Of a stretch of DNA of 64,000 nt, positions 12,183-27,314 are shown in pieces. Each line of letters starts with the position of its first letter. Positions within the stretch are counted from its first letter, which is position 1. The DNA comes from Eledone cirrhosa (taxonomy: Eukaryota): assembly GCA_964016885.1 (NCBI GenBank), contig OZ024742.1:143406001-143470000 (forward strand). Reading direction: 5' to 3'. Made by a program: the position numbers and the translations under genes. Under the pieces are notes generated by a model. That model was not told where the DNA came from. It did no database searches and worked only from the letters and a program-made list of their open reading frames with translations.

Positions 12183-13296
12183 ATTATTTTGGTAGTGTTG
12201 TTGGTGTTGTGGTCAGCTTATGTCTTGCTTCTGTTGACAATTTAGAAGTATCTGTGTGTGTTTTTTCTTCATCCCTCCTGCCACCATCTCTCATAGTGGT
12301 AGTGGTGGTGGTGGGGGGGGGGGGTTTCTTCCATGTATATGAAGAAATATAAGGCAATATATGAAAAAAACAGAAAATAAATAATATAATTTGTATAATT
12401 TGAAAATAAATAATAAATAGAGAATAAAGAATAAAGAATAAAGAATAAAGAATAAAGATTAAATGAAAAATTTGTGAAAAAGTAATGAAAATGAATATGG
12501 AGAAGTGAAAAATAAAGTAGGATAAAGTGTGTGTGTGCTATAACCAATCTCAAGGTCAGAAATATGTTGGATAGATTGGTATGAGGCACAAGATGTTAAA
12601 ATAAGATAATCAAACAAAATGTGTTTGTGTAATAATCAATCTCAACTTAAAAATATATATAAGGTGATACAGTGAAGAATTTATTTTCAAATTATACAAA
12701 TTATATTATTTATTTTCTGTTTTCTTCATATATTGCCTTATATTTCTTCATATACATGGAAGAACCCCCCCCCCTCACCACCACTATCAGAGATGGTGGC
12801 AGGAAGGATGAAGAAAAAACACACACAGATACTTCTAAATTGTCAACAGAAGCAAGACATAAGCTGACCACAACACCAACAACACTACCAAAATAATGGT
12901 AGAGGTCAAATGTACTTAACAATAGCAATCAAAAACACTACAGGGAGCCTCACCCCAGAAAGAATTCTATAGACTTCTGACTGAGGAATGCTCTCAGAAC
13001 TGACTAATGGGAAGTTTGACACCATTTTTGTTATTTTGTTCCTTTAACACCTTGTCCCTTCTACCACTTTATCAATTTTTTAAGCTAACTCCAACAATAA
13101 CAACACTTAGAATGAGGAATGTTCTAACAACTGACCAATGAGAGGAGAAGAGGACCTTTGACACTGAAATTCGTTTGTTTGAATTCTTATGATTCCAGTT
13201 CCTAAAACAACCCAACCAGGAACTGGGCATATCAGAGTATTGACAATATTATACACCTCAACAACATATATACTTGTCTATACCACACTAATTCGG

Positions 13297-13351
13297 ACTA
13301 CCTGAAGAGGTCACAGCCAAAGATAGCTGTCACTGAAATATATATAGCAGC
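13297..13351 (+). ncRNA. Hammerhead ribozyme copy with weakened stem I
   Basis: Core CTGAAGA/GAAA intact; stem I reads ACTAC/GCAGC. Confidence 0.6.
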
Positions 13352-13500
13352 AATAAACGAAGCTAAATTCTAAACATTTGACTTTTTATTTAACTTTATT
13401 TTACATTACTCCGGAGTAACCAAACCAACCTGCGCACTTCGTCGAGTGCTCCAGCCTGCATACTGAGGTGTTGGTATACAACCAACATATACTCAAAATC

Positions 13501-13689
<189 letters not shown>

Positions 13690-13729
13690 GTACATATATA
13701 TATATATATATATATACATATACATACAT

Positions 13730-13787
<58 letters not shown>

Positions 13788-13804
13788 CAAAGGGTATATA
13801 TATA

Positions 13805-13856
<52 letters not shown>

Positions 13857-13860
<4 letters not shown>

Positions 13861-13970
13861 AGGCGTGTGGCTGAGTGGTTAGAGAATTGGATTCACAATC
13901 TTGAGGTTGTGAGTTCGATTCCTGAACCGGGCGATGCGTTATGTCCTTGAGCAAGACACTTTATTTCACT
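13857..13970 (+). mobile_element. tRNA-derived SINE family B with CORE-like segment
   Basis: GTGGCTGAGTGGTTAG A-box, GAGTTCGATTCC B-box, GTCCTTGAGCAAGACACTT. Confidence 0.8.
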
Positions 13971-13974
13971 TCTG

Positions 13975-14460
13975 ACACCTTTCTCAACATTCGTCTCCAA
14001 CATTCAACTCCAACCATAATTTTCAGTAGCACCACTCCATATAAATTCCTCAATTTAAGAATGACCTGTAGTATCTATTTCATACTATTAACCTTAATTG
14101 AATATATATCTGACCAGGAATGCCTTTTGTGAAAATCAATCATATGAAACTATTGACATCTTGCCTGACGGTTTGAACTTTACAACACCACATGCCTCTT
14201 TGAGGTCAAATACCAACCCTACTAACATCTACAAACCGACCAATGAGAATCAAGACTATTCCTGCTGACAACATTAAATTATTCCTAACAAGTTCATATG
14301 TCCCAAGGCTCTGATACCATCAACACTATAAACACAGAGCTGGCATATCTAAGAACTGACTAACTGCCTGATGAGGTCATAGCCATTCAATGGCTATCAT
14401 CGAAATATATATAGCAGTAAATAAAGGATTATGAGTTCATGCAATTGACTTATGTTTCGT
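13975..14460 (+). mobile_element. pLTR-like fragment with HHR at 14363-14418
   Basis: ACTGC-CTGATGA-GGTCATAGCCAT-TCA-ATGGCTATCATC-GAA-ATATATAT-A-GCAGT, then AATAAA and (TA)n. Confidence 0.75.
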
Positions 14461-14463
14461 CAC

Positions 14464-14607
<144 letters not shown>

Positions 14608-14679
14608 AATGTGTGTGTGTGTGTGTGTGCGTAAACATATTATGATCAAGTTACCATTTATATCCACTGCGCTGCGCAA

Positions 14680-14990
14680 TATACCAACACTTCTATGTAA
14701 AAATGGACATGAGGTATGTTTATAACAAATATGGTACATGACAACAATCTTGCTATAATCATCTTGGATATATCCATCGAAACTGAGAAGGAGACCAAGC
14801 ATAGGCTCTATTAATTAAGCACTGCAATACAAATATATGCACACTGATAGACATGGTCATCCCTGACCAAATTATAGCCTGGAAATACGCTGAAAATCTA
14901 TCAAAATACAAGGGTCCTGAAATTGAAACCTACAAGATGTGAAACATGAAGGTAAAAACAAGGCCAATCATAATGCGAATACAAAATAGG
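14680..14990 (+). mobile_element. R4/Dong-like RLE endonuclease relic
   Basis: IDMVIPDQ..ENLSKYKGPEIETYKM*NMKVKTRPII parallels the RLE region at 56643-56800. Confidence 0.55.
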
Positions 14991-15134
14991 ATAATAAATA
15001 TGAACAAAACGTAAAAGCCACATCCGAATTCACAATCCTATCGCTTTGATCGATCAGATCCTAAACCCCATTCGCTTGCCGAGTGGGGTGGACCAAGGAA
15101 ACAATGTTTCCATTGTTCTTTCCATTGCTGATAC

Positions 15135-15280
15135 TATCTACCGGTTATAACTCCTGGCAGAAGGAGCAACGTGAAATAAAGTGTTTTGCTCAAGGACACA
15201 ACGCACCACCTGGTCAGAGAATTGAACTCGCTACCCCAAGATTGCGAATCCAACTCTCTAACAACTAAGCCACGCGCCTT
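15135..15280 (-). mobile_element. SINE family B
   Basis: Reverse-complement homology to 13857-13970. Confidence 0.75.
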
Positions 15281-15644
15281 ATACATTGTCAAAAAACGTC
15301 GCTCTGGTAGGACGAATTCACAACTTGTGCAAGACATTATCGATTCAATAGCACAACTCAAACTGCACACTGTCCACACATAACACGTACTATACAATAA
15401 ACAACACAACGCATACGACATATAATCTACAGGTTTAGCACACAATAAAATAATACAACATATACTCTTACATAATCGATATTCGAAACTGCAACACCAA
15501 TCCTCACCCAATGAAACTCTAGGCACCCACAACCCATTAATGCTATACAAGCCACACACCTCATACTCGACTCCGAGAAACATTACATCGATTACCCCGC
15601 ATGCGTGAATCCTATTCAACATCCAACGCAACTAACACATACTC

Positions 15645-15849
15645 TACGAGGGTCGGTTAAAAGGTTCATAGGATGACTATGAAGGATTAATGCTAGAGCT
15701 GCGAAATCTTGCATGCATTCATTGCAGATCTTATTGACAACTGCATTGTTTCTTTCCATGGATTATGTTGAAAAATAAACCTCATTTGGTCATTCTATGA
15801 GAATGAGAGTATCTTGAACAGCCTATGAACTTTCCAGCCGACGCTCGTA
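15645..15849. mobile_element. Mariner-type MITE
   Basis: TA-flanked imperfect TIRs, TACGAGGGTCGGTTAAAAGGTTCATAGG and CCTATGAACTTTCCAGCCGACGCTCGTA. Confidence 0.75.
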
Positions 15850-15894
15850 CAAAGCAGAACACTACAATAACCTCAGAAACATAAAGCTAAACTT

Positions 15895-16052
15895 AACAAA
15901 AAACAACAAAAAAACAAAAAACAAAAAACAAAAAACAAAAAACAAAAAACAAAAAACAAAAAACAAAAAACAAAAAAACAAAAAACAAAAAACAAAAAAC
16001 AAAAAACAAAAAACAAAAAACAAAAAAAAAACAAAAAACAAAAAATAAAAAA
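15895..16052. repeat. (AAAAAAC)n heptamer array
   Basis: Direct reading. Confidence 0.9.
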
Positions 16053-17396
16053 ATGATGTAGTGTATCTAATGGAGGCAACCCCCATAGACAAAATAAATA
16101 ACATAATGCTGCGCACACACCGAGAACACAGAGGGGCAGCTCATGATGCAGTAGAAACTCGCACGAAATTACCGAACACAATTCTTTCGTTTACCTGCCA
16201 CAAAGGTTCACACATAGAATACAATAAACGTTCTGGATTAATAGGGGTTACAATACATATGGGGTTGGATAAAAAAATGTTATATAAAGATAAGGGCATG
16301 CATCCATCTTGATCTATCAAAGTCCGAATCATGGCTTTGTATCTACGTCGCTCCTCTGCCACCCGAGCCCATCCTACAACTTTCATTTCCTCTTATCTCG
16401 GTGCATGGACCTTAGTTCTAATAATGCAGCTATCGTGTTTCGTGCCTGAAATGGTTGACGGACATTTTCGCTGCTACCACATCTGTCACGATGCCTCTCT
16501 TAATTGCCTCTTCTAACTTGTCCATTAGCTTCTCCGCTAATCTTTATTTTCCTTACCTCTCACTCTTTATTATAAGCTGTTGATTCTGCTCTAATCTCTC
16601 CAACAACAACAACAACAACAACAACAATAATAACAACAGCAACAGCAGCAATAACAACAGTAATTTACTGAATGGAGAGAGGATAGCACCTCCAGCCCTC
16701 CACCCTCCTTTCCAAATGGAACTTGAAGAGTTTGAATAACAACAGACATCTCTATTTTACTGCTGCCGAAAAAATATCCATTAACACCATTTAAATAACA
16801 ACGGAGAAAACCAAAACCATCTGACTAAAATATTGCAGGAAATGTGTCTGAGTAACGTGTTAGTTTATTTTAATGTGATTGCTCTTTGTCTTATATGTTG
16901 TCTATTGTTCACGTTTCTACTAATCACCGGTTGGTCAGCACGTGCAAAACACATTGGTAAGACCAACCAGCACAAGACAAATTCAATTCAATGCAAAATA
17001 TAACAAACAAGAAAATTCAGTCGAAACAAAGTATAACAAACAGTACAAATTAGGCCTACTGGTAAAATGAGAAAACAAACTATGAGTGGGATGCAAAAGA
17101 AACACAAAATGAAGCATGCAAAATTTGGCATTACCTGACGCGAAAAGCCTGTACTCGATAAAAATAATGGGATTTTACCCGTCAAATGCTGCAGACGAGA
17201 AAAGGCATATGTACATATTTACAATAACAGTCTACATCAAAAGCGAGACTATTACAGAATACGACTGTGGACATCCACAGATAAAATATTTTTGTTATAG
17301 AAGTATGGAAAAGTCCGAAGGAAAAACAACACAGGCGAACAATACACTACAATTATGATATTTATTAGTTTAACAGTTGGTATAGTAGGAAAAGAA

Positions 17397-17431
17397 TCTT
17401 AACGTTTCGGATGTTAGTTCTTCATCGGAAT
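17397..17431 (-). ncRNA. Minimal HHR-like motif, CCGATGA variant
   Basis: CCGATGA-AGAACTAACATCC-GAA-ACGT-T-AAG; weak stems; near (TA)n. Confidence 0.4.
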
Positions 17432-17599
17432 ATAGAATAAGAGGTAAAAGAAAAAATAGAAGAATAAACGAGAGTAAGAAAAGGAAGGATGGGATTTTTT
17501 CGGGAGGGAAGCAGGTGTGTGTTTAGTCAGCCATTTTGTTATAGAAGTATCTTTCAATCTTAGAAAAGTAGCTAATCTAAAAAAAATCATACTTAAAGG

Positions 17600-17669
<70 letters not shown>

Positions 17670-18269
17670 CAATTAAAAGAAATACAAGCAACGACCTCGC
17701 CCAACAATGCAAAAATATAAACAGTAAAAGTAAAAATAAAAAATGAAGAACATAAATGCCGAAGATAATAAGAGCGTAAGAAAAATATGCACAAGAGACA
17801 ACAAACACAACAAACCTTGCCATACACACAGGATATCAACCAACAAAAGCCGAACCAAAACTAAACCCCCCAAGGAAAACATGAACCCAGGTGAAATATG
17901 AGAAATATCTCAGTGCATAAAATTCTAAAGCTAGAAAATTTGAATATGGCAATAATCCAAATGCGGAAATAGCTAAAAAAGTAAAATCGACAAAGAACCT
18001 TCCTATAAACTAACTTTACTAACTAGACAAGACTTTACGATAGAATTGCAACATCAAAGACAGAACTTAACGATAAAATAATAGCATCCCTAAAACAAAA
18101 CAAAACAACGCAACTGTGGCTAGCGTAGACTTACTGGCAACATATATGAACATGAACTTCGTTAGTATAAATCATCTAGTCTATGTAGAATCCACAGTAG
18201 TCACAAAGGAATGTGAGTGTTCCTCAAAACATCTCATTATAGGAACATTTATCAAATCTTGCATGCCTT

Positions 18270-18480
18270 AAAGTTCGGTTTTCTCTAACAAATTCTTCTT
18301 TCTGTACACTAACGACCTACTTGTCATCCCGTTCAACAACGGCTACTCTTACGCAGATGATACCATCCTTCATTCTTTCTCAACTTTCCTCAACCTGCAC
18401 TGTTTCTATTAACAGAGATCTCGAAAGTATCCGCCAATGGGGTTGTGGCAAGTCTGTCTTTTTCAACAGCAAAAAAAAAT
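18270..18480 (+). mobile_element. CR1/Jockey-like RT relic
   Basis: FFLYTNDLL..YSYADDTILH..INRDLESIRQWG..VFFNSKK. Confidence 0.65.
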
Positions 18481-19149
18481 CAAAATATATTTTTAACTTA
18501 GCTAGGATCACTTCTCAAATGATGACAAATAAAATAAAACAAATGTTTTATTTAGTATATTTCAACATATTTCAGGGTTAACACCCTCTTTTCAAATGTG
18601 GAACTGAAACAGTTCAAAAACAAAATGAACGATCGAAATGTTCTTCCACCCACACAATCCACTTCAGCTACCCCGTCCAACTGTGAACTAAACGCTAAAC
18701 TAACTAGACTTAAGAACTCAATCTCCAATATTTTTCAGAAACACTCTTCCTATTTCCCTCAGTCTTTCTAGGCCCCAGCTCACTACTCTTAAGGAACTAC
18801 GTTAAAAAAAGATTATTAGACAAAGGAGTAAATTTCTACGTCATTGTGTTGAACATGTACACTGGCATTTATTGTTCACAATATGCGATATGAAATAAAA
18901 ATAAAAATAATGATAAAATTCCAAATAATTGGCTAAAATATCTGGAATCGATTTCCGGTTTGAATCAATTTTATCTTTTTTCCCTCAAGCGACAACAAAA
19001 TAAGTACAACTCATATATTCATCCATGTAACTCGTCCCCTTCATATCTGACGTGGAACTAATATTATTGTTATTATTTTCAATATCGCAGATCAATATCA
19101 TGTCATTTTTACAGTCGTAGGAACGAGTCATACCTAATGACCAAAGGTC

Positions 19150-20720
19150 CTTTGGAATTCTTTCATTAGCTCAATTTTCGAGTATCTTCGTTAGAATTAT
19201 TGCGCTTCCTTATAATGTGGTTTTCTGTATTAGGTTTGTTAGAATTTCGATTCCAATCTTCTCCAACCATGATTTTCTTTTCTTCGCGGTTGTATCAATA
19301 GCGTCCACTACGACTGACACAATCTCCAATTTGTTTTTACATATTCCACATTTTTGCAATTTCTCTTCCCAGATCTTGATTTTTTTCGATCGTTTCTTGT
19401 TCTTTCTCACACAATCTTTTGTCATACGGATATCTATTATTGCTCAGTGTATTTCCCTTCTTTACGATAACAATGTGTGATCTTCTAGCCTCAATCATTT
19501 GATCATTTGGATGTTGAAATCCCCAAACAATTTTATTTTCTAGTTTTCTTCCATTGCTTTAGGTTGATGATTATATCACTTATCAGTTCTGTCCAAATTA
19601 TATTGTCCTCACAGTTTGCAATGAACAATACCTGCTATGTTATCATCCCTCCTTTGATATTCTCTTTGTGCAAGTTTACTGCATTCGTTCAGTATGTGAC
19701 TAATGTTCTCATCCTTTTTTTCCTTTTTACCACAGTCAATATAATGAAGAGGCATTTCACATAATTCGTTCTAAGTACTTTTTCATGTGCTACACAGATT
19801 AACATCTCGGTTCCAGCCTTTAGATCTGATTTTCGCATCCTATGTCCTTTGTATATCCACACTGTGTTTCATATTTCTGGTAAACTGTCTATACATTGCC
19901 GCTTCATTTCAACATGTCACTTTTTCCTCTATTTTGGTTCTCTTATATGCATTTTCATTAATACTTCCCGTAGTCTCTATCACATCAGAGACTTTGACAC
20001 CAACCAACAGCTATATTAGCTATATACCATTCTAGGTTATTCTCTTCAATTCTTATACATTCCTCGCAACTTATCAATTCTCTTCTATTATTTTTTCAAC
20101 AGATAAAGATTATAGATGTCACATTTCGGGTGGAATGTCCTATGATTTGTCAATATATTCCATGTCTTTCTGTCTAGTGTTTGTAGTTCTTCCTTATTTC
20201 ATATGACTATCCAACCTCCGTAGCATATTACTGATACCTCAAATGTGTTTATTGCTAGTATCATGTTTCGCACATTTAACATAAAGTTTAATACTCATTG
20301 ATATTTCTTCCTACATAGTTTCGTAATTTCGATCTCTTTGATTTTACTAAGTTTGGTTTTACATATATTCCTTCTCTTCCCTGCTCTTCATTACTCCACA
20401 CCATTTAATACTACCCTGTAAGCTCTTCCCACCACACCATTTAACACTACCCTGTAAGCTCTTCCCTCCACACCATTTAACACTACCCTGTAAGCTGACA
20501 TCATCTTCCCTCATATAATTATAATATGTATACCACATTTCTTTATCCCAAATTCCCTTCTTGCGTCTTTGCTAAATAAGTGAAAAGATTCAACTAGATA
20601 ATCTGTATGGCTTCCATGTTTAGTCGAACAGTTTAAGATCATCTATATACAAAGGGTGGTTGATCTTAGATTGTTTTCTCCCCAATCCTACCCAATTCCT
20701 ATCTTTCGCAACATCATGGT
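19150..20720 (-). mobile_element. Degenerate R4/Dong-like LINE, RT C-terminus to RLE
   Basis: LYIDDLKL near 20640; IVSVVVDAI..WLEKIGIE..IQKTTL at 19210-19330; includes a short tandem repeat (three copies of ~36 bp) at 20396-20497. Confidence 0.75.
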
Positions 20721-20888
20721 CATCGATTCGATATCATACACAACGCAAACAGTAAAGGCGAAATACTATCATCTTCAAGATTCATCCTTTTATTTGAACT
20801 TCGCCAAGTACTTCTCTAGATGTTGTCAAGTCGATTTTCCATGTGTGCATAATATCGTATATTAAATTCGATACATATACATATATGT

Positions 20889-21036
<148 letters not shown>

Positions 21037-21271
21037 ATGTGTGATGTGTGAGTGTGTACGATTATATATATATATATATGGAATAGAATGAAACGAAATT
21101 TCATTTCTCACTCTTAGTTCGGCACTTACTTAAATGTAAGTATGTATGTATACGTACATACATATATGTATACAGACGTACAGTAGTATGTATATATATA
21201 TACATACATGCACACATATATATATGCACGTATCGGTTTACCGAACATTTATTATAATGCTCGGTTTGTTT

Positions 21272-21356
<85 letters not shown>

Positions 21357-21692
21357 CGTACACACTCACATACATAAAAACAATAGAAAGAAAGCCCTAT
21401 ACACACACACACGCAGACCAGTGTGCACACACCAAATTATAAGACTCTGCAACACCCACGTGTTCACATACACAGACTGAAGCAAAGGTGCACACCTACC
21501 AATTTCATTATTTTGGCACACACACAACCTTCATGTTCCAACCTGTTCTCTCCCTACCTCAACTTTCCTAATAAAGGACTGCCGTCCAAAACATAGAACC
21601 CTCCACTACTTCCTCTAAGCTTGAACCTAATAAGACTGTATTTTTGCATCCCTTTGTTTGTTTTGTTTTATCACACACACACACAAACACAC

Positions 21693-21861
<169 letters not shown>

Positions 21862-21872
21862 TGAGAGAGAGC

Positions 21873-21951
<79 letters not shown>

Positions 21952-22389
21952 ATTTTGATTATTTTGCAACATTGTTGATGTCCGCGATAAAGATCTGACA
22001 TATTTACGCGAGGAACACCGAGAGATATGAACAAGAAAGGAACATGGCATGCTGAATCAAAATAAACCACACCAATATTCAATAAATATACTGAAATATG
22101 TTTACAAGAAGATAGAAATGTTTTAAAGCAAGACAAAAAAAAAAAAAACGAAAATATCGAAACAAACATTTGAAGACATAGATAATAATAACCACAATCT
22201 TGTGTCTGAATGATACACATGCACACACACTTTGACACTTGCACAGAAACAATAAAGTAGAATCTCATATTGAATGATTTGACATGGCGAGAGTAAAGTC
22301 AGAACCACACCAGAATTTACACTATATTTAAAAGGATTGTATCTTCTTCCATGAAGAATATATCCAGAATCGGACACAGAGAATAACTG

Positions 22390-23130
22390 GTTTAACACAG
22401 GTAAATCAGTTTACTTTTCGCTATCTGACATTTGGACAAAGATTTGAAATATAGAATAGGGCAAAGCTTGTGGGACTGCCTGTCTGACATTCAGAAGCGA
22501 GAAGGAAGCGAAGAGACAAGCAAAAATAGCGTATGAAACCTTGTACCTCAGAACATAGGGAAGCATAACACAACGATAACAGTTAGAAGCATAGCAAATG
22601 ATATTGACCATGGGTCATTGTTTCCCTTGTTAAAACATTTGAGCAGATAATAAGTTCCATAGTGATGAGAAATGATATGTAGCCAGGAGGAGTCAGTATG
22701 GACTTGCAAGTACTTCAATCCTCAGCACTGCAAAGCTATTCTAGGACTTTGTCCCATTATAGTCGCAGAGTTAAAGGCTATAGGATTGACGGTGCAAGAC
22801 AGAAAGCCGTTGTTATACTTGTTACAGTAAAAACTGTTTGGAGCCTTTCTGTCCATAGTGGCTGAAAACAAGACCAAATAATGAGTAAGTCCATGGGGCT
22901 ACTGTTCTCGTAGCACTATCAGTCATACCGTCAGTTCCATTTCTGATGATGAGGAGAAATATATTTCCTCTTCGATTCCTGAGATAGTAGCGAAAGCTAC
23001 ATCAAACTCGGTCTCAAAGATGAACGATGCCAAAATTCTCTCTCCTAAGAGTACCACTCCATCTATTGGTGATGCTGACAAAATTGAGGGTAAGGAAGGC
23101 CGGAAAACGGTTGCAACAGGAATAGAAAAT
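22390..23130 (+). pseudogene. Decayed ORF1 of a Tx1-like LINE
   Basis: LSDIWTKI*NIE*GKACGTACLTFRSEKEAKRQ aligns by eye with LGSVWQRKTHITRGKKYATVDLLFATPQEAKAQ; CYTCYSKNCLEPFC aligns with CFRCGSKTHLRAFC. Confidence 0.6.
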
Positions 23131-23676
23131 AAAATAAAATAAAATAAAATAAAAACACACACACATACACACAGCTCTGTCAAAAAATTTTGAAAAAAGA
23201 TGTTAAATAACGTGATTCCCTGAAATATACGTTTCTTCAAAACCAACAGCGCTGGATTGCTAACAATATATATGAATTGAAGGAGGAAGCTCCACGTAAT
23301 ATGTGGATGGACTTGGAAATAAAAGATTGCTACTGGGAGTTCCTGTGTGATGGATTCTTACTTCTTAAAACAAGAGAAGTATACGAAGAGATAAAGTACT
23401 TCTGTTCAGAAGATGCTGATTCTTTTGTTGGTGAACAGAAATATAGGTTGTTCTGATCCGATTTAATTAGTGAGTTCCCAGCTGTTTGTGGGTGGGTAAC
23501 ACTAAATGTTTTTATTTTTTATATCAAATCTTGTGTTATTTATTGTTTTATAATAATTTTATATTTATTTCATGTTTCATTAAATTAATGTCTAATGTAT
23601 AACATCATTGCTCCTGTTCTCGTTTTTATATAACTTCGTCCAGCCAACATGTATTATAACCCCCCTTATGTATATA

Positions 23677-23862
23677 ATTGTTTCTACTTTAGGCACAAGG
23701 CCAGCAATTACCCAGTGCATTACTGGTACTTTATTTTATCGACCCCGTAAGGATGAAAGGCAAAGTCAACCTCGGCGGGATTTGAACTCAGATCGTAAAG
23801 GGACGTAACTATGCTGGAAAGCATGGCGTCCGACCTTCTACCGATACTGCCAATCCACCGCC
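23677..23862 (-). mobile_element. SINE family A
   Basis: Near-identical reverse complement of 12002-12182. Confidence 0.9.
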
Positions 23863-23984
23863 ATTGTATATAATTGTATATAATGTTTATGTATATAATG
23901 TTTACTGTATTGCATGTAATGTCCCACGAGGCTAATGAAAAATTCGTTAAACGCCGGACACCCTGCTTCACAGTATAGAATTAC

Positions 23985-24130
23985 GACCCTTTTCGTTCTG
24001 AGTTCAAATCCCGCCGAGGTTAGCTTTGCCTTTCATCCTTACAGGGACGATAAAATAAAGTACCAGTAATACACTGGGGTTGATTTAATCGACTTTCTCT
24101 TTCCCTTCAAATTGCTGGCCTTGTGCAATT
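23985..24130 (+). mobile_element. SINE family A
   Basis: GAGTTCAAATCCCGCCGAGG..GCTGGCCTTGTGC. Confidence 0.85.
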
Positions 24131-24149
24131 ATTATTATTATTATTATTA

Positions 24150-24990
24150 TTTGAAAGTTCTTTTGAATTCTGCTTCTTTCCCAAATCATGCCGAGTATTA
24201 ACCTGACACCTGAGGCAAAATCTGATAATTCACATTCTACAATCAATTGTCATACAAATGATGTCATAAGGACACAAACAACAGTAAATGTCTTTGCAAG
24301 GTTTTTAAATTGATAATTCCCTTCTCAGGACATGGACAGTGCTAGTCAACACTATTTTCTGTATCTCTTGCAGAGATGGCTTACCAGGTATCTGGTCCAA
24401 ATATTTTTCAGTTACTATTTTTTATCATTCCAAGTGTGCCGACTATAACTGGTATTGTACAGGCCTTAAGAAGCCAAACTTTTTCTCAATTTCAATTGAT
24501 AGATCTTTATACTTACTGAGCTTTCCAAACTCTTACAATCTGATGGAATACTGATGTCAATTAAGAAACATGTTTTCTTTCACAATTATATCAGGTCTGT
24601 TGGCCTTGATTGTTTGGCCAGTGTTCACAGGGAAATCCCACAGGATTGTTACGTTCTCGCCTCCTGTTACTGTATCTGGGTGGTGGTTGTACCATTTTCC
24701 TCTCCGTTTTCAGACCATAGAACCTCCACATTACCCAGTATAAGCATTGCCTCGTTCTATTACGCCTCGCTGAAATCAGGTGGCCAATGGTCGCAGCATG
24801 CTCATCAAAGAATCGACTTTTGGGTCAATTCTATTTCTGATCACATTTGCTTGAAAGGTGTGCTTTGAAAGACACTGGTCTTGTGCAGCTAAATTGAAAC
24901 CCTCACTCTCTGTCTTTAGCCCAGAACTCCCAGCTGCTGATGGTGAGAGTTTGATCTACATCAAATTTTTTTGCTACGGAGAACATACTG
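24150..24990 (-). mobile_element. R4/Dong-like LINE 3' fragment with (AAT)n tail
   Basis: EFGKLSKYKDLSIEIEK near 24480-24535; ATT repeat at 24128-24151 on the plus strand. Confidence 0.7.
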
Positions 24991-26433
24991 CCCATGCAGT
25001 AGTTTTTACTCCCATTTAGTGTACAGTCTCTTTTCATCTTCATGTTTTGCCAACATTTTGATGTTCTTTGTGACTGTAATTGCAGAATCGCTAATGAAGA
25101 CCAGTTAAATGAGTGGCTGACGAAAATGTTTGTATCTACAGGGATGGAATCATGTGCGTTCCTAAACGATGGCAGACAGTAATCATAAATGATGGCGATT
25201 ATTTTGACTTGTAGAATTTTTCTAATGTTAAAAAACGCCAAAGTCAATAAAAATTTGTTGGACGTGTTATTTACGAGCTAGTGTGTTTCTTGATACATAT
25301 CACATTACTTTCCAAATTGGATTCTTTTTATGTCGTATTTGTTTTGACATTGGGAAGTAAGGAGTTTTTTGTGTTTTCAATCCTTAGTTAGTGAGAGTTG
25401 ACTTTACATTAAAAAGTATCCATTTTCTTTTTATTTCGTTTTTCTTTTTGCCCGACAGATAATTAAAAATAGTTGTAAACATAACGTCCAGTGATGTGGC
25501 GGGAAAAGAAGATTCACTTAGAGCTAGTTACAAAATATCCGCCCACCTCAATATATTAACAAATTCAAATGGAAATAAACAAAAAGGGTGGGGAACAGTT
25601 GTTCTGACACATATTTCTAAAATAGATATTCACAACTTGATATACACAAGTGGTGATAACCACAACCTTAACACATTTGCCAGCATTGTGAACCAGAAAG
25701 AACCGATAGACATGAATCAGATGCAGAAAAATACATGGGTGAGGTATGTCTCACCAGACAATATCTTCTTGTTGAGGAACACAAAAAGTAAAAGTAAGGA
25801 GGAAAGTAACATACTTCTGCTTCTTGAAAAATGGAGAATGCTTCCGCCTGATCTTAAAGAACGGGTAGAAGAAACCCTAGCCGATGTGTAGATCGATGGC
25901 TGTTGCATCGACCTGGAAAAACATATAGGAGCGTGTACCTGATCTTCAAGAGAGAGCATGAGGTAAGCCTACTGGCCGAGTAAGTGCTGCCAGCAGTTTA
26001 GTGTAGCAAGATATGGGGAGAAGAAATACAAGGATTACGGCCAGGGATATTGGTTGTGACGGTGAACCTATTAAATTCAGTTTCATAATCACTAATTAAT
26101 TTTCTCTCATCTTTCAAGTGATGTTATTTCTTCATCATATTTTTCCTGCCAATGTATAATAGTGTTCTCATATGGGGGTCCATCGACAGTTTTTGAGAAA
26201 TTTCCATTTCCATTTGCTCATTATATATGTTTCTAGAATAACTTTAATACTACAGCTATACATTTAAAGCGGTTTTTAAGTAGTTGATATCGTATCATAT
26301 TTTCATATATATAATTTAAACTGCTTAGATGACTCAATTGATATTTGAGAACTTCCACATAAATTTATTTGTCTATATGAACAGTATATATATATCAGAT
26401 ATTGAGTTAGGAACTCAAAATGGTCTCTTACAA

Positions 26434-26512
<79 letters not shown>

Positions 26513-26521
26513 ATTATTATT

Positions 26522-26960
26522 ATTAGAAAGTGAGTTCTTTTACAAAATGAAACAGAACCGAGGTGTCCTACACGAGTGAAAGTATAAAGAAAAAAGATGA
26601 AATCGAAAATGCAACTGGAGTCTTTTTTTTTTTTTTTAAATCTATTTATTTGGTTCCTTTACCGGTTTCGCAGTTCTTGTGCTTTTCAAAAGTAGAATTG
26701 AGATGGAAGGTTTGTGGTTTTTCTCACATCTGGTTGGTGTCTGAATGTTACTTCTGTTTTATATGGAAAAAAGTGGCTCGAAATGCTAGGTTTTTAGAGA
26801 AGTAATTTGGTTGGTTGGTGAATAAGTATAATAAATTTCGCGCCAGTTCGCTTTACAAAGTTCTTATAGATATTCTGGTGGTAGGGGAAGGTGGTGATTG
26901 GGGTGGGTGGAGGTCATTGGCTGAGGGATTTAAAGAATGGGGATTCTTTGAAAAAACTAT
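26522..26960 (-). mobile_element. pLTR-like copy of the 9541 family
   Basis: High identity to 9541-9750; HHR-like motif at 26657-26692. Confidence 0.75.
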
Positions 26961-27100
26961 ACTTAGAGAAAAATACATAGTGATATAGTATGATACAAAT
27001 GCAGGCACTTAGGTTCATTTATTCTAAGCAAAGGGTTTTCATTACTTGGCTGTATTAACATGCTCTGTATGTATATATAAATATATACATATATACACAG

Positions 27101-27291
<191 letters not shown>

Positions 27292-27314
27292 GCACACATA
27301 CACACACACATGTA

